This document shows positions 10,305 through 19,621 of a stretch of 54,085 nucleotides of DNA, one piece after another. The translations under genes and the position numbers were made by a program. Below the pieces are notes generated by a model. It saw nothing but the letters and a program-made list of their open reading frames with translations. It was not told the DNA's origin and did no database searches. Positions within the stretch are counted from its first letter, which is position 1. Each line of letters opens with the position of its first letter. This DNA comes from an uncultured Ruminococcus sp. (GTDB lineage: Bacteria; Bacillota; Clostridia; Oscillospirales; Ruminococcaceae): contig CACXGK010000069.1 of NCBI GenBank assembly GCA_902767115.1, forward strand, positions 1-54,085. Direction: 5' to 3'.

Positions 10305-11207
10305 TTGAAGAAGACCATCTTTACAGGTGCAGCAGTTGCGATCACCACCCCGTTCAATCTGGACGGCTCCATCAACTATGAGGGCCTTGCAACCAACATC
10401 GACTACCAGATCGATAACGGTACCGATGCCATCGTCATCTGCGGCACCACCGGTGAGTCCTCGACTATGACGGACGAGGAGCATCGTGAGTGCATCAAGT
10501 TTGCTGTTGAGCATACCAATCATCGTGTACCGGTCATTGCCGGCACCGGCAGCAACGACACCCGTTATGCCATCGAGCTGTCTGTTGAGGCAGAAAAGCT
10601 CGGCGTTGACGGACTTCTGCTCGTGACACCGTACTACAACAAGACCACCCAGGCAGGTCTGATCGACCACTTTACCATTATCGCAAACAGCGTCAAGACC
10701 CCGATCATCCTGTACAATATCCCTGGCAGAACCGGCATGAATATTGCCGTTGAGACCCTTGAGAAGCTCGGTCATCACAAGAATATTGTAGCGATCAAGG
10801 AAGCATCCGGCAACATTTCCTACACCGCACAGGTAGCCGCTGCCTGCGGCGATCTGCTGGACATCTACTCCGGCAATGATGATATGATCGTTCCGATCAT
10901 GTCTCTGGGCGGCAAGGGTGTCATCTCCGTTCTGTCCAATATTCTCCCGAAGGAGACCCACGAGATCTGCCAGCTCTGTCTCGACAACAATTTCAAGGCA
11001 GCAGGCGAGATGCAGATCAAGTATCTCGAGCTCATCAACGCCCTCTTCTGCGAGGTCAACCCGATCCCGGTCAAGGAGGCAATGAATCAGCTTGGCATGG
11101 CAGCAGGTGCTTGCAGAATGCCGCTGACCAAGATGGGCGGCGAGAATGTGGCACGCCTGATCGCAGCAATGCGCAGAGCAGGTATGCCGGTTTCCGTTGT
11201 AGACTGA
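10305..11207 (+). CDS. dapA: 4-hydroxy-tetrahydrodipicolinate synthase
   Basis: 300 aa with a TTG start after GGAGGG. Motifs GTTGES, YNKT and the IKEASG Schiff-base lysine region are typical of DapA. Confidence 0.95.
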   Translation: MKKTIFTGAAVAITTPFNLDGSINYEGLATNIDYQIDNGTDAIVICGTTGESSTMTDEEHRECIKFAVEHTNHRVPVIAGTGSNDTRYAIELSVEAEKLGVDGLLLVTPYYNKTTQAGLIDHFTIIANSVKTPIILYNIPGRTGMNIAVETLEKLGHHKNIVAIKEASGNISYTAQVAAACGDLLDIYSGNDDMIVPIMSLGGKGVISVLSNILPKETHEICQLCLDNNFKAAGEMQIKYLELINALFCEVNPIPVKEAMNQLGMAAGACRMPLTKMGGENVARLIAAMRRAGMPVSVVD

Positions 11208-11285
11208 TTTGGTCAAAGCCGAAAGGGGGAGCCAGGGGACACCTGCTCCCTCTTTCTTGTCATTGAAAATTGGAGGTAAAAACCT

Positions 11286-12050
11286 ATGGAACAGACAAAG
11301 ATCCTTATTTCCGGCGCATCAGGCAAGATGGGTCATGCAGTCGCAGCCGCAATTGCCGGCAGAGAGGACTGCATCGCCTGCGCCGGCGTTGATCTGCGAA
11401 CGGAGCAGTACGGCGGCTTCCCGATCTATGAGAGCTTTGCGGCAGTGAACGAAAAGCCCGATGTTGTGATCGATTTCTCCAACCCGGCAGCGCTCGACAG
11501 CCTGCTGGAGTACTGCCTGACAAATGGCATCCCGGCAGTTCTGGCAACCACCGGCTACAGCGAGGAGCAGACTGCTAAAATCCGTAAGGCTGCTGAAAGT
11601 ATCCCGGTATTCTTCTCATTCAATATGTCGCTCGGCATCAATCTTCTGGTGCAGCTTGCCAAGAAGGCAACCGCCATCCTCGGCGGTCAGTTCGACATCG
11701 AGATCGTCGAGAAGCACCACAACCAGAAGCTCGATGCACCTTCCGGCACAGCGATCATGCTCGCAGATGCGATCAATGAGAGCCTCGGCGGTGAGTACCA
11801 CTATGTGTATGACCGCCATTCCAAGCGTGCGAAGCGTGAAAAGACCGAGATCGGTATGCATTCGATCCGTGGCGGTACGATCGTGGGTGAGCATGACGTG
11901 ATCTTTGCAGGTCATGACGAAGTCATCACCCTGTCCCACAGTGCGGCTTCCAAGGAAGTTTTTGCAGTCGGCGCTGTGAATGCGGCTGTGTTCCTGGCAG
12001 ACCAGAAGCCCGGAATGTACGATATGAGCGCCATGATGGATCTGGCGTAA
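11286..12050 (+). CDS. dapB: 4-hydroxy-tetrahydrodipicolinate reductase
   Basis: 254 aa. It shows GASGKMG, the EKHHNQKLDAPSGTA signature (E-x-HH-x-x-K-x-DAPSGTA) and IRGGTIVGEH. Confidence 0.95.
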   Translation: MEQTKILISGASGKMGHAVAAAIAGREDCIACAGVDLRTEQYGGFPIYESFAAVNEKPDVVIDFSNPAALDSLLEYCLTNGIPAVLATTGYSEEQTAKIRKAAESIPVFFSFNMSLGINLLVQLAKKATAILGGQFDIEIVEKHHNQKLDAPSGTAIMLADAINESLGGEYHYVYDRHSKRAKREKTEIGMHSIRGGTIVGEHDVIFAGHDEVITLSHSAASKEVFAVGAVNAAVFLADQKPGMYDMSAMMDLA

Positions 12051-12059
12051 ACCGGAATG

Positions 12060-12099
12060 TCCCCCTGATGACACAATCTCAGGGGGATTTGCTTTTTTC
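12060..12099 (+). terminator. rho-independent terminator after dapB
   Basis: Stem TCCCCCTGA / TCAGGGGGA followed by TTTGCTTTTTT. Confidence 0.8.
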
Positions 12100-12101
12100 T
12101 C

Positions 12102-12130
12102 TTTACCTTTCCGGGAAAATGTGCTATAAT
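12102..12130 (+). promoter_or_regulatory. probable sigma-A promoter of pcrA
   Basis: A weak -35 (TTTACC), a 17-nt spacer and an extended -10 TGcTATAAT (12125-12130). Confidence 0.5.
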
Positions 12131-12167
12131 AAAAGTATCTATGAACCCGAAACCCAAGGAGGCTGTC

Positions 12168-14531
12168 ATGACTGCTACTGAATACCGTGATCTCAAATAT
12201 GCCGCATTGTCCCGCTGTTTTTCCCGGATGAATCCGCCTCAGCTCGAAGCCATTACGACCGTGCAGGGGCCTGTTCTTGTCCTTGCCGGTGCCGGCTCCG
12301 GCAAAACGACCGTGATCGTCAACCGCATCGCCAACATGGTGCTGTTCGGCGATGCCCTGAATGGCGATGCCCCCATTCCCGGCGCATCCGCCATCGAAAA
12401 GCTCCAAAGCTACGTTGAAGGCGGTGACCTGACCCTTGGCGAATTGCAGGACATCCTCGCCGACCGTCCCATTACGCCCTGGAAGATCCTTGCCATCACC
12501 TTCACCAACAAGGCAGCCGGCGAGCTCAAATCCCGTCTGTCCGAAACACTGGGCGAAGCCGCCGAGGATATCCATGCAGCGACCTTCCATTCGGCGTGTG
12601 TGCGCATCCTGCGAAGCTGCATTGACCGTGTCGGCTACGAGCACAGCTTCACCATTTACGACAGTGACGACTCCCTGCGCACCATGAAAGCCTGCATGAA
12701 GGAGCTGGATATCCCCGAAAAGAAATTTCCGCCCAAAAGCGTTCTTGGTTCCATCAGTGCCGCCAAGGATCGCATGATCTCCGCAGAGGAGTACGCCCTC
12801 GAAGCCGGCAACGACTACTGGAAGCTCATCACCGGCAAGCTCTACAAGGCATACCAGGCACGCTTGCAGGATGCCAATGCCGTGGACTTTGATGACCTGA
12901 TCTATCTGACGGTCAGGGTGTTTGAACAGAACCCGGATGTCCTCGAAAAGTACCAGAACCGCTATCGTTACATCCTCGTGGACGAGTACCAGGACACCAA
13001 CTACTCCCAGTACCGTCTGGTGAGCCTGCTGGCGGCACAGCATGGCAATCTCTGCGTGGTCGGTGATGACGACCAGAGTATCTACCGGTTCCGGGGCGCC
13101 ACGATCGAGAACATCCTGCAATTTGAGGAACAGTTTCCGGGGTGCCGGACGATCCGGCTGGAGGAGAATTACCGTTCGACGCAGTTCATCCTCAGCGCCG
13201 CCAATGCGGTGATTTCCAACAACAGATCCCGTAAGGAGAAAAAGCTCTGGACATCCGCCGGCGACGGCGATAAGGTAACGCTTCTGAAGGTGCCGGGGGA
13301 GCGTGACGAGGGGCAGTTCATCTGCGACACCATCGAACGGGAGGTCGCAAACGGAAAAACCTATGCCGACTTTGCAGTGCTCTACCGCATGAACGCCCTC
13401 TCCAACAGCATAGAGCGTGCCATGATGCGTAACAAGCTCCCGTACCGCATCTTTGGCGGCGTGCGCTTTCAGGATCGCAAGGAGATCAAGGACGTGACTG
13501 CCTATCTCTGCGTGCTCCAGAACCCGAATGATCTCGTGCGGTTCGAGCGCATCGTCAACGTCCCCAAGCGTGGTATCGGCGAATCGACCATCGTCAATAT
13601 CACCCAGATCGCCCGTGATCTGCACATGAACCCGATGGAGGTCGTCCATAGCTGTGAGGATTTCCCGGTGCTTGCCAAGCGCAAGGCGGCTCTCCTGAAA
13701 TTCGACACCATGATGGCAGAGCTTCGTGAGCAGGCAGAAATTCTGCCGCTTGAGGAGCTGTTTGACCTTGTCCTCGAAAAGACCGGCTACCTTGCCATGC
13801 TTGAAGCCGAGGGTGAGCAGGGCGAGACACGCATTGAAAACGTCAAGGAGTTTCGCTCAAATATCGTGGATTACGAGCGTGAGAGCGAGGATCCGAGCCT
13901 GGAGGGATTCCTGGAGGAAACCGCCCTCTATACCGACGCCGACCGTGAAAGCGATGGCGACAGCGTATCTTTGATGACCATGCACGCTGCCAAGGGTCTG
14001 GAATTTGACACGGTCTTTGCTGTTGGCATGGAGCAGGGGATTTTCCCATCGATGCGCAGCATGGACAGCGAGGCAGATCTTGAGGAGGAACGCCGCCTTG
14101 CCTACGTGACCATCACCCGTGCCAAGCGGCACCTCTACCTGATGCAGTCACGGGAGCGTCTGCTGTTCGGTTCGTACAAGCAGAATCCCCTGTCCCGTTT
14201 TGTCAAGGAGATCCCGGAGGAGTATCTTGCAATCGACGACCGGCTGCCGCACATAGAATCGGGATCTGCGGAGATCTCCGGCATCAAGGGCGTTTCGGGC
14301 ATCCGTGCGCAGATGGCAGCCATCCAGCGTCAGCGCACGGCGCCGCCGGTTTCTTCCGCCGGCAACGGTCTGCAATTCACAGACGGTGAGCGCATTTCAG
14401 ACGCCGTGTTCGGTGAAGGAACGATCCTGCGGGCTGAACCGATGGCAGGGGACTACCTGCTTGAAGTGGCGTTTGACACCGTCGGTACAAAGAAGCTGAT
14501 GGCGAAATACCGCAAGATCACCAAATGTTGA
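12168..14531 (+). CDS. pcrA: ATP-dependent DNA helicase PcrA/UvrD (SF1)
   Basis: The start is set at the ATG preceded by AAGGAGG. The ORF opens at 12141, too close to the -10. It carries Walker A AGAGSGKT, DEYQDTN, VGDDDQSIYRFRGA, TMHAAKGLEF and the other SF1 motifs. Confidence 0.93.
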   Translation: MTATEYRDLKYAALSRCFSRMNPPQLEAITTVQGPVLVLAGAGSGKTTVIVNRIANMVLFGDALNGDAPIPGASAIEKLQSYVEGGDLTLGELQDILADRPITPWKILAITFTNKAAGELKSRLSETLGEAAEDIHAATFHSACVRILRSCIDRVGYEHSFTIYDSDDSLRTMKACMKELDIPEKKFPPKSVLGSISAAKDRMISAEEYALEAGNDYWKLITGKLYKAYQARLQDANAVDFDDLIYLTVRVFEQNPDVLEKYQNRYRYILVDEYQDTNYSQYRLVSLLAAQHGNLCVVGDDDQSIYRFRGATIENILQFEEQFPGCRTIRLEENYRSTQFILSAANAVISNNRSRKEKKLWTSAGDGDKVTLLKVPGERDEGQFICDTIEREVANGKTYADFAVLYRMNALSNSIERAMMRNKLPYRIFGGVRFQDRKEIKDVTAYLCVLQNPNDLVRFERIVNVPKRGIGESTIVNITQIARDLHMNPMEVVHSCEDFPVLAKRKAALLKFDTMMAELREQAEILPLEELFDLVLEKTGYLAMLEAEGEQGETRIENVKEFRSNIVDYERESEDPSLEGFLEETALYTDADRESDGDSVSLMTMHAAKGLEFDTVFAVGMEQGIFPSMRSMDSEADLEEERRLAYVTITRAKRHLYLMQSRERLLFGSYKQNPLSRFVKEIPEEYLAIDDRLPHIESGSAEISGIKGVSGIRAQMAAIQRQRTAPPVSSAGNGLQFTDGERISDAVFGEGTILRAEPMAGDYLLEVAFDTVGTKKLMAKYRKITKC

Positions 14532-14542
14532 AGGAGACGCCT

Positions 14543-15373
14543 ATGAACCGTGGAAAGGATATCACCCGTGAGGAACGTGAGCTGCTGACCCTCCTGCGTC
14601 AGCGTCCGGAGATGTATCTCGGCGAATACGCCGGTCTGCATGAATTGCAGCAATTTCTGCACGGCTATGATGTTGCCATGCGCCGCCACGCCCTGCATGA
14701 CGTCCGGCTCCTGCCGGAGGGATTTGAGGATTACGTGGAGGAGCGCTTTCTTGGCAAGACCGGAACAGACTGGACATGGTGGGAGATCATCGAGCAGTTT
14801 GAACCGGATCATCGTGCGGCTTTGGGATATTTCTGGCTGATCCTCAACGAATACCTGTTTTCGATCGGCTGCAATATCATACCGCCTCCGTCCAATCTCC
14901 CGGAGGGTCATTCGCACTTTTCGGGCATTTTCGCCGTGCGCAACACCGACCTTGACCGCCTGGCAGAGTCCTATATGCGCACCTTCAATGGCGAACCCTG
15001 GTGGGATAAATGGGATAAGGAAACCGCCGTGCGCCGCCTGGAGGATATCTACCGGACACCGGGGTTCACGGGATTGGCATTCTGGCGTGACGGCACTTTG
15101 CTCGGTGCCGTCATGGGCAGGAGCGAGCGCTACTATGACGGCGACTGCTTCCAGATCATTGAGCTCTGGGTGGAACCGAGAGTGCAGCGTGAGGGCATCG
15201 GCAAAAAGCTCCTCGATGTGCTGCGCAGACGCCTTCGCATCAAGAACACCAAGAAGATCTTTCTCATCACAATGCCCGGTCCCGCAACGGAAGGGTTCTA
15301 TCAGAAAAACGGCTTCGTCACGCAAAAGGGACTGTGCGTGATGCAAATGGAATCCCTTACGGAAAATCTTTGA
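14543..15373 (+). CDS. two-domain protein: unknown N-terminal domain + C-terminal GNAT N-acetyltransferase
   Basis: The ATG at 14543 follows AAGGAG. The C-terminal half has a GNAT acetyl-CoA motif (ELWVEPRVQREGIGKKLL ... FYQKNGF). The N-terminal ~140 aa is unassigned. Confidence 0.75.
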   Translation: MNRGKDITREERELLTLLRQRPEMYLGEYAGLHELQQFLHGYDVAMRRHALHDVRLLPEGFEDYVEERFLGKTGTDWTWWEIIEQFEPDHRAALGYFWLILNEYLFSIGCNIIPPPSNLPEGHSHFSGIFAVRNTDLDRLAESYMRTFNGEPWWDKWDKETAVRRLEDIYRTPGFTGLAFWRDGTLLGAVMGRSERYYDGDCFQIIELWVEPRVQREGIGKKLLDVLRRRLRIKNTKKIFLITMPGPATEGFYQKNGFVTQKGLCVMQMESLTENL

Positions 15374-15379
15374 AAATCA

Positions 15380-15408
15380 TTGACGTTTTCGGGGAAATGT
15401 GTTATAAT
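15380..15408 (+). promoter_or_regulatory. sigma-A promoter of thyX
   Basis: TTGACG, a 17-nt spacer and TGtTATAAT (-10 hexamer at 15403-15408). Confidence 0.65.
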
Positions 15409-15441
15409 AATAGAGTATGTTACTATGAGGAGATGATCTGC

Positions 15442-16218
15442 ATGAACGTGAAACTGATCGCCCATACTGTCATGCCGGACAAGGTCGTGGCAGCGGCGGC
15501 AAAGCTTTGCTACTCGAATACGGGGGCGATGGAACTGATGGATGGCATGACAGACGAAAAAGCCGAAAGCTTCGTCGAAATGCTCGCCAACATCGGACAC
15601 GAGAGTCCCATTGAGCACGCAAGCTTCACCTTTGCGATCGAGGGTGTGTCACGTTCACTACTGGCGCAGATCACCCGTCACCGTCTGGCGAGCTTCTCTG
15701 TGCAGAGCCAGCGCTATGTCAAGCTGACGGATTTTGCATACATCACGCCGCCTGAGATCACAGCGCTCCCGGAAGCGGCAGCGCTTTACGAGGACACGAT
15801 GCAGACCTGCGTGGAATCCTACCGCAAGCTCTCCGAGATCCTCGAAGAAAAGCACTTTACAGCGCTCTCCAACCAGGGCATCCCCGAAAAGGAAGCTCGC
15901 CGGAAAGCCGAAAAAATGGCGATCGAGGACGCTCGCTTTGTCCTCCCGAACGCAAGCGAGACGAAGATGGTCATGACCATGAACGCCCGTGAGCTCCTGC
16001 ATTTCTTTCGTCTGCGCTGCTGCAACCGTGCGCAGTGGGAGATCCGTGCGCTCGCCAAAGCGATGGTCGCTGAGGTCTACCCCATCTCGCCGGCGCTGTT
16101 CGCCAAAGCCGGTCCCTCCTGCCTGTACGGGCCCTGTCCGGAGGGCAAGATGTCCTGCGGCAAAATGCAGGAAGTCCGTGACGACTACAAGCGTCTCAAG
16201 GAGCAGGCAAATGCTTGA
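15442..16218 (+). CDS. thyX: FAD-dependent thymidylate synthase
   Basis: The start is at MNVKLIAHT, downstream of the promoter. The ThyX signature RHRLASFSVQSQRY is present. 258 aa. Confidence 0.93.
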   Translation: MNVKLIAHTVMPDKVVAAAAKLCYSNTGAMELMDGMTDEKAESFVEMLANIGHESPIEHASFTFAIEGVSRSLLAQITRHRLASFSVQSQRYVKLTDFAYITPPEITALPEAAALYEDTMQTCVESYRKLSEILEEKHFTALSNQGIPEKEARRKAEKMAIEDARFVLPNASETKMVMTMNARELLHFFRLRCCNRAQWEIRALAKAMVAEVYPISPALFAKAGPSCLYGPCPEGKMSCGKMQEVRDDYKRLKEQANA

Positions 16219-17104
16219 ATTTCGCACCATCACGCTGCAAGACCGCCCCTGGATTACACAGGCACTTCGACTGTCAGACTATCCGGGCTGCGAATACAGC
16301 TTTGCCAACAATATGGCTTGGCGCCGACTGAGCGACTCCAAAATCGCTGCGTTTGAGGACTTTTACATCTGCTGCGCCTTTGGGAGCGAAGACGGTACCC
16401 CGTGCTTCTGCTACCCGGCAGGGGAGGGCGACCACCGGGCTGTCATTGAGGAAATGCGCCGATTTTCCGAAGCTCTGGGGCATCCCCTTGTGATCTGGAA
16501 TGTCTCCCCCGAACGCCTTGCATGGCTTGAGCAGACATACAGCGGACAATTCACAGCCCATGAAAACCGTGAGAGCTGGGATTACGTCTATTTTGCTGAG
16601 GATCTTGCCACGCTTTCCGGCAGAAAATACCACCAGAAACGCAATTTCCTGCACCGTTTCGCAGCATACGGCGCAATCTACACGCCCCTGACCGAACGGG
16701 ACTTTGACGACTGCATCACCTTAGCGGCGCAGACCTACAATGACCGTCTGGAGGGCGACCATTCCGGGATCGCAGAGCAGTTTGCGATCGACACGTTCTT
16801 CCGGCATTTCGATGCGCTCGGACTGCACGGCGGCGTGCTCCGGATCGATGGCAGGGTCATTGCCTTCACAATCGGCGAACCGCTGAATTCCGACACCTTC
16901 TGTGTTCACATCGAAAAGGCAGATGCGTCCATTCCGGGCGCTTTTGCGGCGATCAACCAGAGCTTTTCCGCCCACATCCGTGACCTCGGCTACACCTACA
17001 TCAACCGTGAGGAGGACATGGGACTCGAAGGTCTCCGGAAAGCCAAAGAAAGCTATCATCCGTGCAAAATGCTGGAAAAACGCATGGTACGGTTTACACT
17101 ATAG
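16211..17104 (+). CDS. DUF2156-type (lysyl-phosphatidylglycerol-synthase C-terminal-like, GNAT-fold) protein
   Basis: The start MLEFRTITLQDRPW overlaps the thyX stop by 8 nt. The motifs GRKYHQKRNFLHRF and REEDMGLEGLRKAKESYHP resemble the DUF2156 family. The upstream 74 codons of the ORF overlap thyX out of frame. Confidence 0.72.
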   Translation: MLEFRTITLQDRPWITQALRLSDYPGCEYSFANNMAWRRLSDSKIAAFEDFYICCAFGSEDGTPCFCYPAGEGDHRAVIEEMRRFSEALGHPLVIWNVSPERLAWLEQTYSGQFTAHENRESWDYVYFAEDLATLSGRKYHQKRNFLHRFAAYGAIYTPLTERDFDDCITLAAQTYNDRLEGDHSGIAEQFAIDTFFRHFDALGLHGGVLRIDGRVIAFTIGEPLNSDTFCVHIEKADASIPGAFAAINQSFSAHIRDLGYTYINREEDMGLEGLRKAKESYHPCKMLEKRMVRFTL

Positions 17105-17120
17105 TTAAGGAGAAAGCATC

Positions 17121-17663
17121 ATGATCTATGTATTTTTAGCAAATGGATTTGAAGAAGTCGAGGCGCTCACGCCCGTTGACCTTCTGCGCCGTGCCGGTCA
17201 CGAGGTCGCAACTGTTGGCGTCGGCGGCAAGACGATCACCGGTTCCCACGGCATCGCAGTCGGAACAGACCTCACCGAGAGCGAGATCGTTCTCGGCAAT
17301 GACCTCGAAATGATCGTACTCCCCGGCGGTATGCCGGGCACCCTCAATCTGGAGAAGTCCGAAGCCGTGCAGACAGCCGTGGATTTCTGCTATGACCGTG
17401 AGATCTGCATCGGCGCTATTTGTGCAGCGCCCTCCATTCTGGGACACAAGGGACTGCTCGACGGGAAAGAAGCCATTGCGTATCCGGGCTTTGAGACCCA
17501 GCTCACCGGTGCGAAGATCTCGGACAAGAGCGTGGTACAGGATGGAAGCATCATCACCGCACAGGGCGCAGGCGCAGCCGTTCCGTTCGCTTTGCAGCTC
17601 ATTACAGCCCTGGACGGCAGCGAGCGTGCTGAAAAGATCGCTGCATCGATCTGCTATCGCTGA
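17121..17663 (+). CDS. DJ-1/PfpI (ThiJ) family protein
   Basis: 180 aa. It has the nucleophile-elbow region IGAICAAP and typical DJ-1 layout (LANGFEEVEAL...LPGG). Confidence 0.88.
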   Translation: MIYVFLANGFEEVEALTPVDLLRRAGHEVATVGVGGKTITGSHGIAVGTDLTESEIVLGNDLEMIVLPGGMPGTLNLEKSEAVQTAVDFCYDREICIGAICAAPSILGHKGLLDGKEAIAYPGFETQLTGAKISDKSVVQDGSIITAQGAGAAVPFALQLITALDGSERAEKIAASICYR

Positions 17664-17669
17664 GTTCTG

Positions 17670-18227
17670 ATGGATACGAAAGAGAAAAAGCAAGCGCTGC
17701 GGCGTACCATGCGTGACGCCGTGCGAGATATCCCGAAGGAACAGCGTTTCCGGATGGATATGGCGCTGCACCGCAATCTCCTCGAACACCCCTGGCTGCA
17801 CGAAGCCGACACGATCCTGAGCTACTGCTCCACACGGGAGGAACCCGATACGCATTGGATCATCGGCTGGGGTCTGGGCAACGGCAAGACCGTTGCGCTC
17901 CCGGTCTGCCTGGAGGACGGCGTGATGGAGTTTTGCAGGCTTTGCGACACATCCGAGCTGCGTGCCGGGAAATACGGCATCCTCGAACCGGTCGGCAGAG
18001 ACTCGGTCACCATCACGGAGAAAACGCTCTGCATCGTTCCAGGATACGCATTCACACCGGACGGCAGGCGCCTTGGCAAGGGCGGCGGCTACTACGACCG
18101 TTTTCTTGCGGCGCATCCGGGACTTCGCACGATCGGGCTGAGCTATGCGCAGCTTTTGCAGGCGGAGCTTCCTTGCGAGATACATGATATTGGAGTTGAT
18201 GCGGTCATCACCGACCGCATGAAGTAG
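17670..18227 (+). CDS. 5-formyltetrahydrofolate cyclo-ligase
   Basis: 185 aa. The signature GKGGGYYDRFL is present and the N-terminus has the family-typical K-x-x-LR pattern. Confidence 0.88.
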   Translation: MDTKEKKQALRRTMRDAVRDIPKEQRFRMDMALHRNLLEHPWLHEADTILSYCSTREEPDTHWIIGWGLGNGKTVALPVCLEDGVMEFCRLCDTSELRAGKYGILEPVGRDSVTITEKTLCIVPGYAFTPDGRRLGKGGGYYDRFLAAHPGLRTIGLSYAQLLQAELPCEIHDIGVDAVITDRMK

Positions 18228-18271
18228 ATTTATGATATGCGCCGGCATGGCGCATGATTCCGGAGGTTAAC

Positions 18272-19621
18272 ATGGCACAGAATTCCGAAAAAGAACGCTC
18301 CTACCGTGAGCTTCTGAAGGCTGCATCTGAAAGTGCGGCAAATGAGCTGGACGAATCCGCAGAGGTAGATGTTCACGGCGACCCGATCATTCCCGGACAA
18401 ACCGTTCATCATGCAGACGAACAGCACAGACGCCGTTCGCCGCAGAGAGATCCGAACCGACGCAGCGCACCGCAGCACAGCGGCAAGAAGAAGCGCAAGC
18501 GCAAAAAGCACCGCAGCGCCCGTATTTACGGCGTTATCATCATGCTGGTGCTGATCTTCGTGATCTCCATTTCGCTGGCGATCGGCATCATCGAGGTTGG
18601 CAAGGATATGCTCGGTCTCGAAGGCACCGAGACCCTCGTCGTGTTCAACATCCCCGAAGGTGCGACGACTGCCGAGATCGCCGAGTCCCTGGGCGAAAAG
18701 GGCATTATCCGCATTCCCAAGGCATTTGTATACTTCTCCCGTCTGTCCAAGGCGGATTCCGGCTATATCGCCGGCGACCACGAGGTCAGCAGCGCTATGG
18801 CGTATGAGGAGATCATCAATGAGCTGAGCGGTAACGCCATTGCAGAGGATCAGGTCGCAGTCGATGTCATGTTCCCGGAGGGCATCACGCTTGCGGAAGC
18901 AGCCAAGAAGCTGGAAGAAGCCAATGTCTGCGAAGCTTCCAAGTTCCTGTACTACTTCAACGCCGGCAACCTCGGCTATGAATTTGAGAAGCATCTGCCG
19001 CAGAACGCAGGTCTGAAGTTCTACCGCATGGAGGGCTACCTGTTCCCGGATACCTACACCTTCTACGAGGAGATGGAGCCGGATGCAGTTTGCCAGAAGA
19101 TCTACGTCAACTTCGACACCAAGATCACGGATGAGATGTACGACCGTATGGACGAGCTGGAAGTGAGCCTGGACGATGTGATCATCCTCGCATCTATGGT
19201 ACAGCTTGAGGCGGCGGACGAGGAAGAAATGCCGAAGATCGCATCCGTTTTCTGGAACCGTCTGCACAACCCGGCAGAATTCGGCGGCAAGCTCCAGTCT
19301 GACCCGACCTCGAAATATGTCGAAAATACGATCAAGAAGAACGATACCCTGCACAATGAGCAGATGTACGAGGCTTACGACACCTACAAGTGTCAGGGAC
19401 TCCCGGCAGGTGCGATCTGCAATCCGGGTCTGGCTGCCATCAACGCTGTTCTCTGGCCGGAGGATACAGGCTACTACTACTTCTACGCCGATGTTGACAC
19501 CAAGCGCACCTATTTCGCACGCACCCTGGACGAGCATAACGACAACATTGCCCGTGCAAACGGCACGTATGTCGAGCCGGAGGGCGAGGAAGGCGAAGAA
19601 GGCGGGGAGGATGCAGAATGA
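18272..19621 (+). CDS. mltG: endolytic murein transglycosylase MltG (YceG-like)
   Basis: The ATG at 18272 follows GGAGG. It has a basic N-terminal tail, one TM helix, and YceG motifs (EGYLFPDTY, LASMVQLEA, YNTY-like DTYKCQGLP). Confidence 0.9.
   Translation: MAQNSEKERSYRELLKAASESAANELDESAEVDVHGDPIIPGQTVHHADEQHRRRSPQRDPNRRSAPQHSGKKKRKRKKHRSARIYGVIIMLVLIFVISISLAIGIIEVGKDMLGLEGTETLVVFNIPEGATTAEIAESLGEKGIIRIPKAFVYFSRLSKADSGYIAGDHEVSSAMAYEEIINELSGNAIAEDQVAVDVMFPEGITLAEAAKKLEEANVCEASKFLYYFNAGNLGYEFEKHLPQNAGLKFYRMEGYLFPDTYTFYEEMEPDAVCQKIYVNFDTKITDEMYDRMDELEVSLDDVIILASMVQLEAADEEEMPKIASVFWNRLHNPAEFGGKLQSDPTSKYVENTIKKNDTLHNEQMYEAYDTYKCQGLPAGAICNPGLAAINAVLWPEDTGYYYFYADVDTKRTYFARTLDEHNDNIARANGTYVEPEGEEGEEGGEDAE

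Noticed and set aside
11616-13649. A 677-aa minus-strand ORF antisense to dapB and pcrA.
   Set aside because: The sense strand carries complete DapB and SF1 helicase motifs. The antisense product has no motifs, no SD and no sensible start context.
15989-16210. An N-terminal 74-codon extension of the DUF2156 ORF, overlapping thyX.
   Set aside because: The extension lies out of frame inside thyX and is Arg/Ser/Pro-rich nonsense. The family-like sequence begins at the ATG at 16211.
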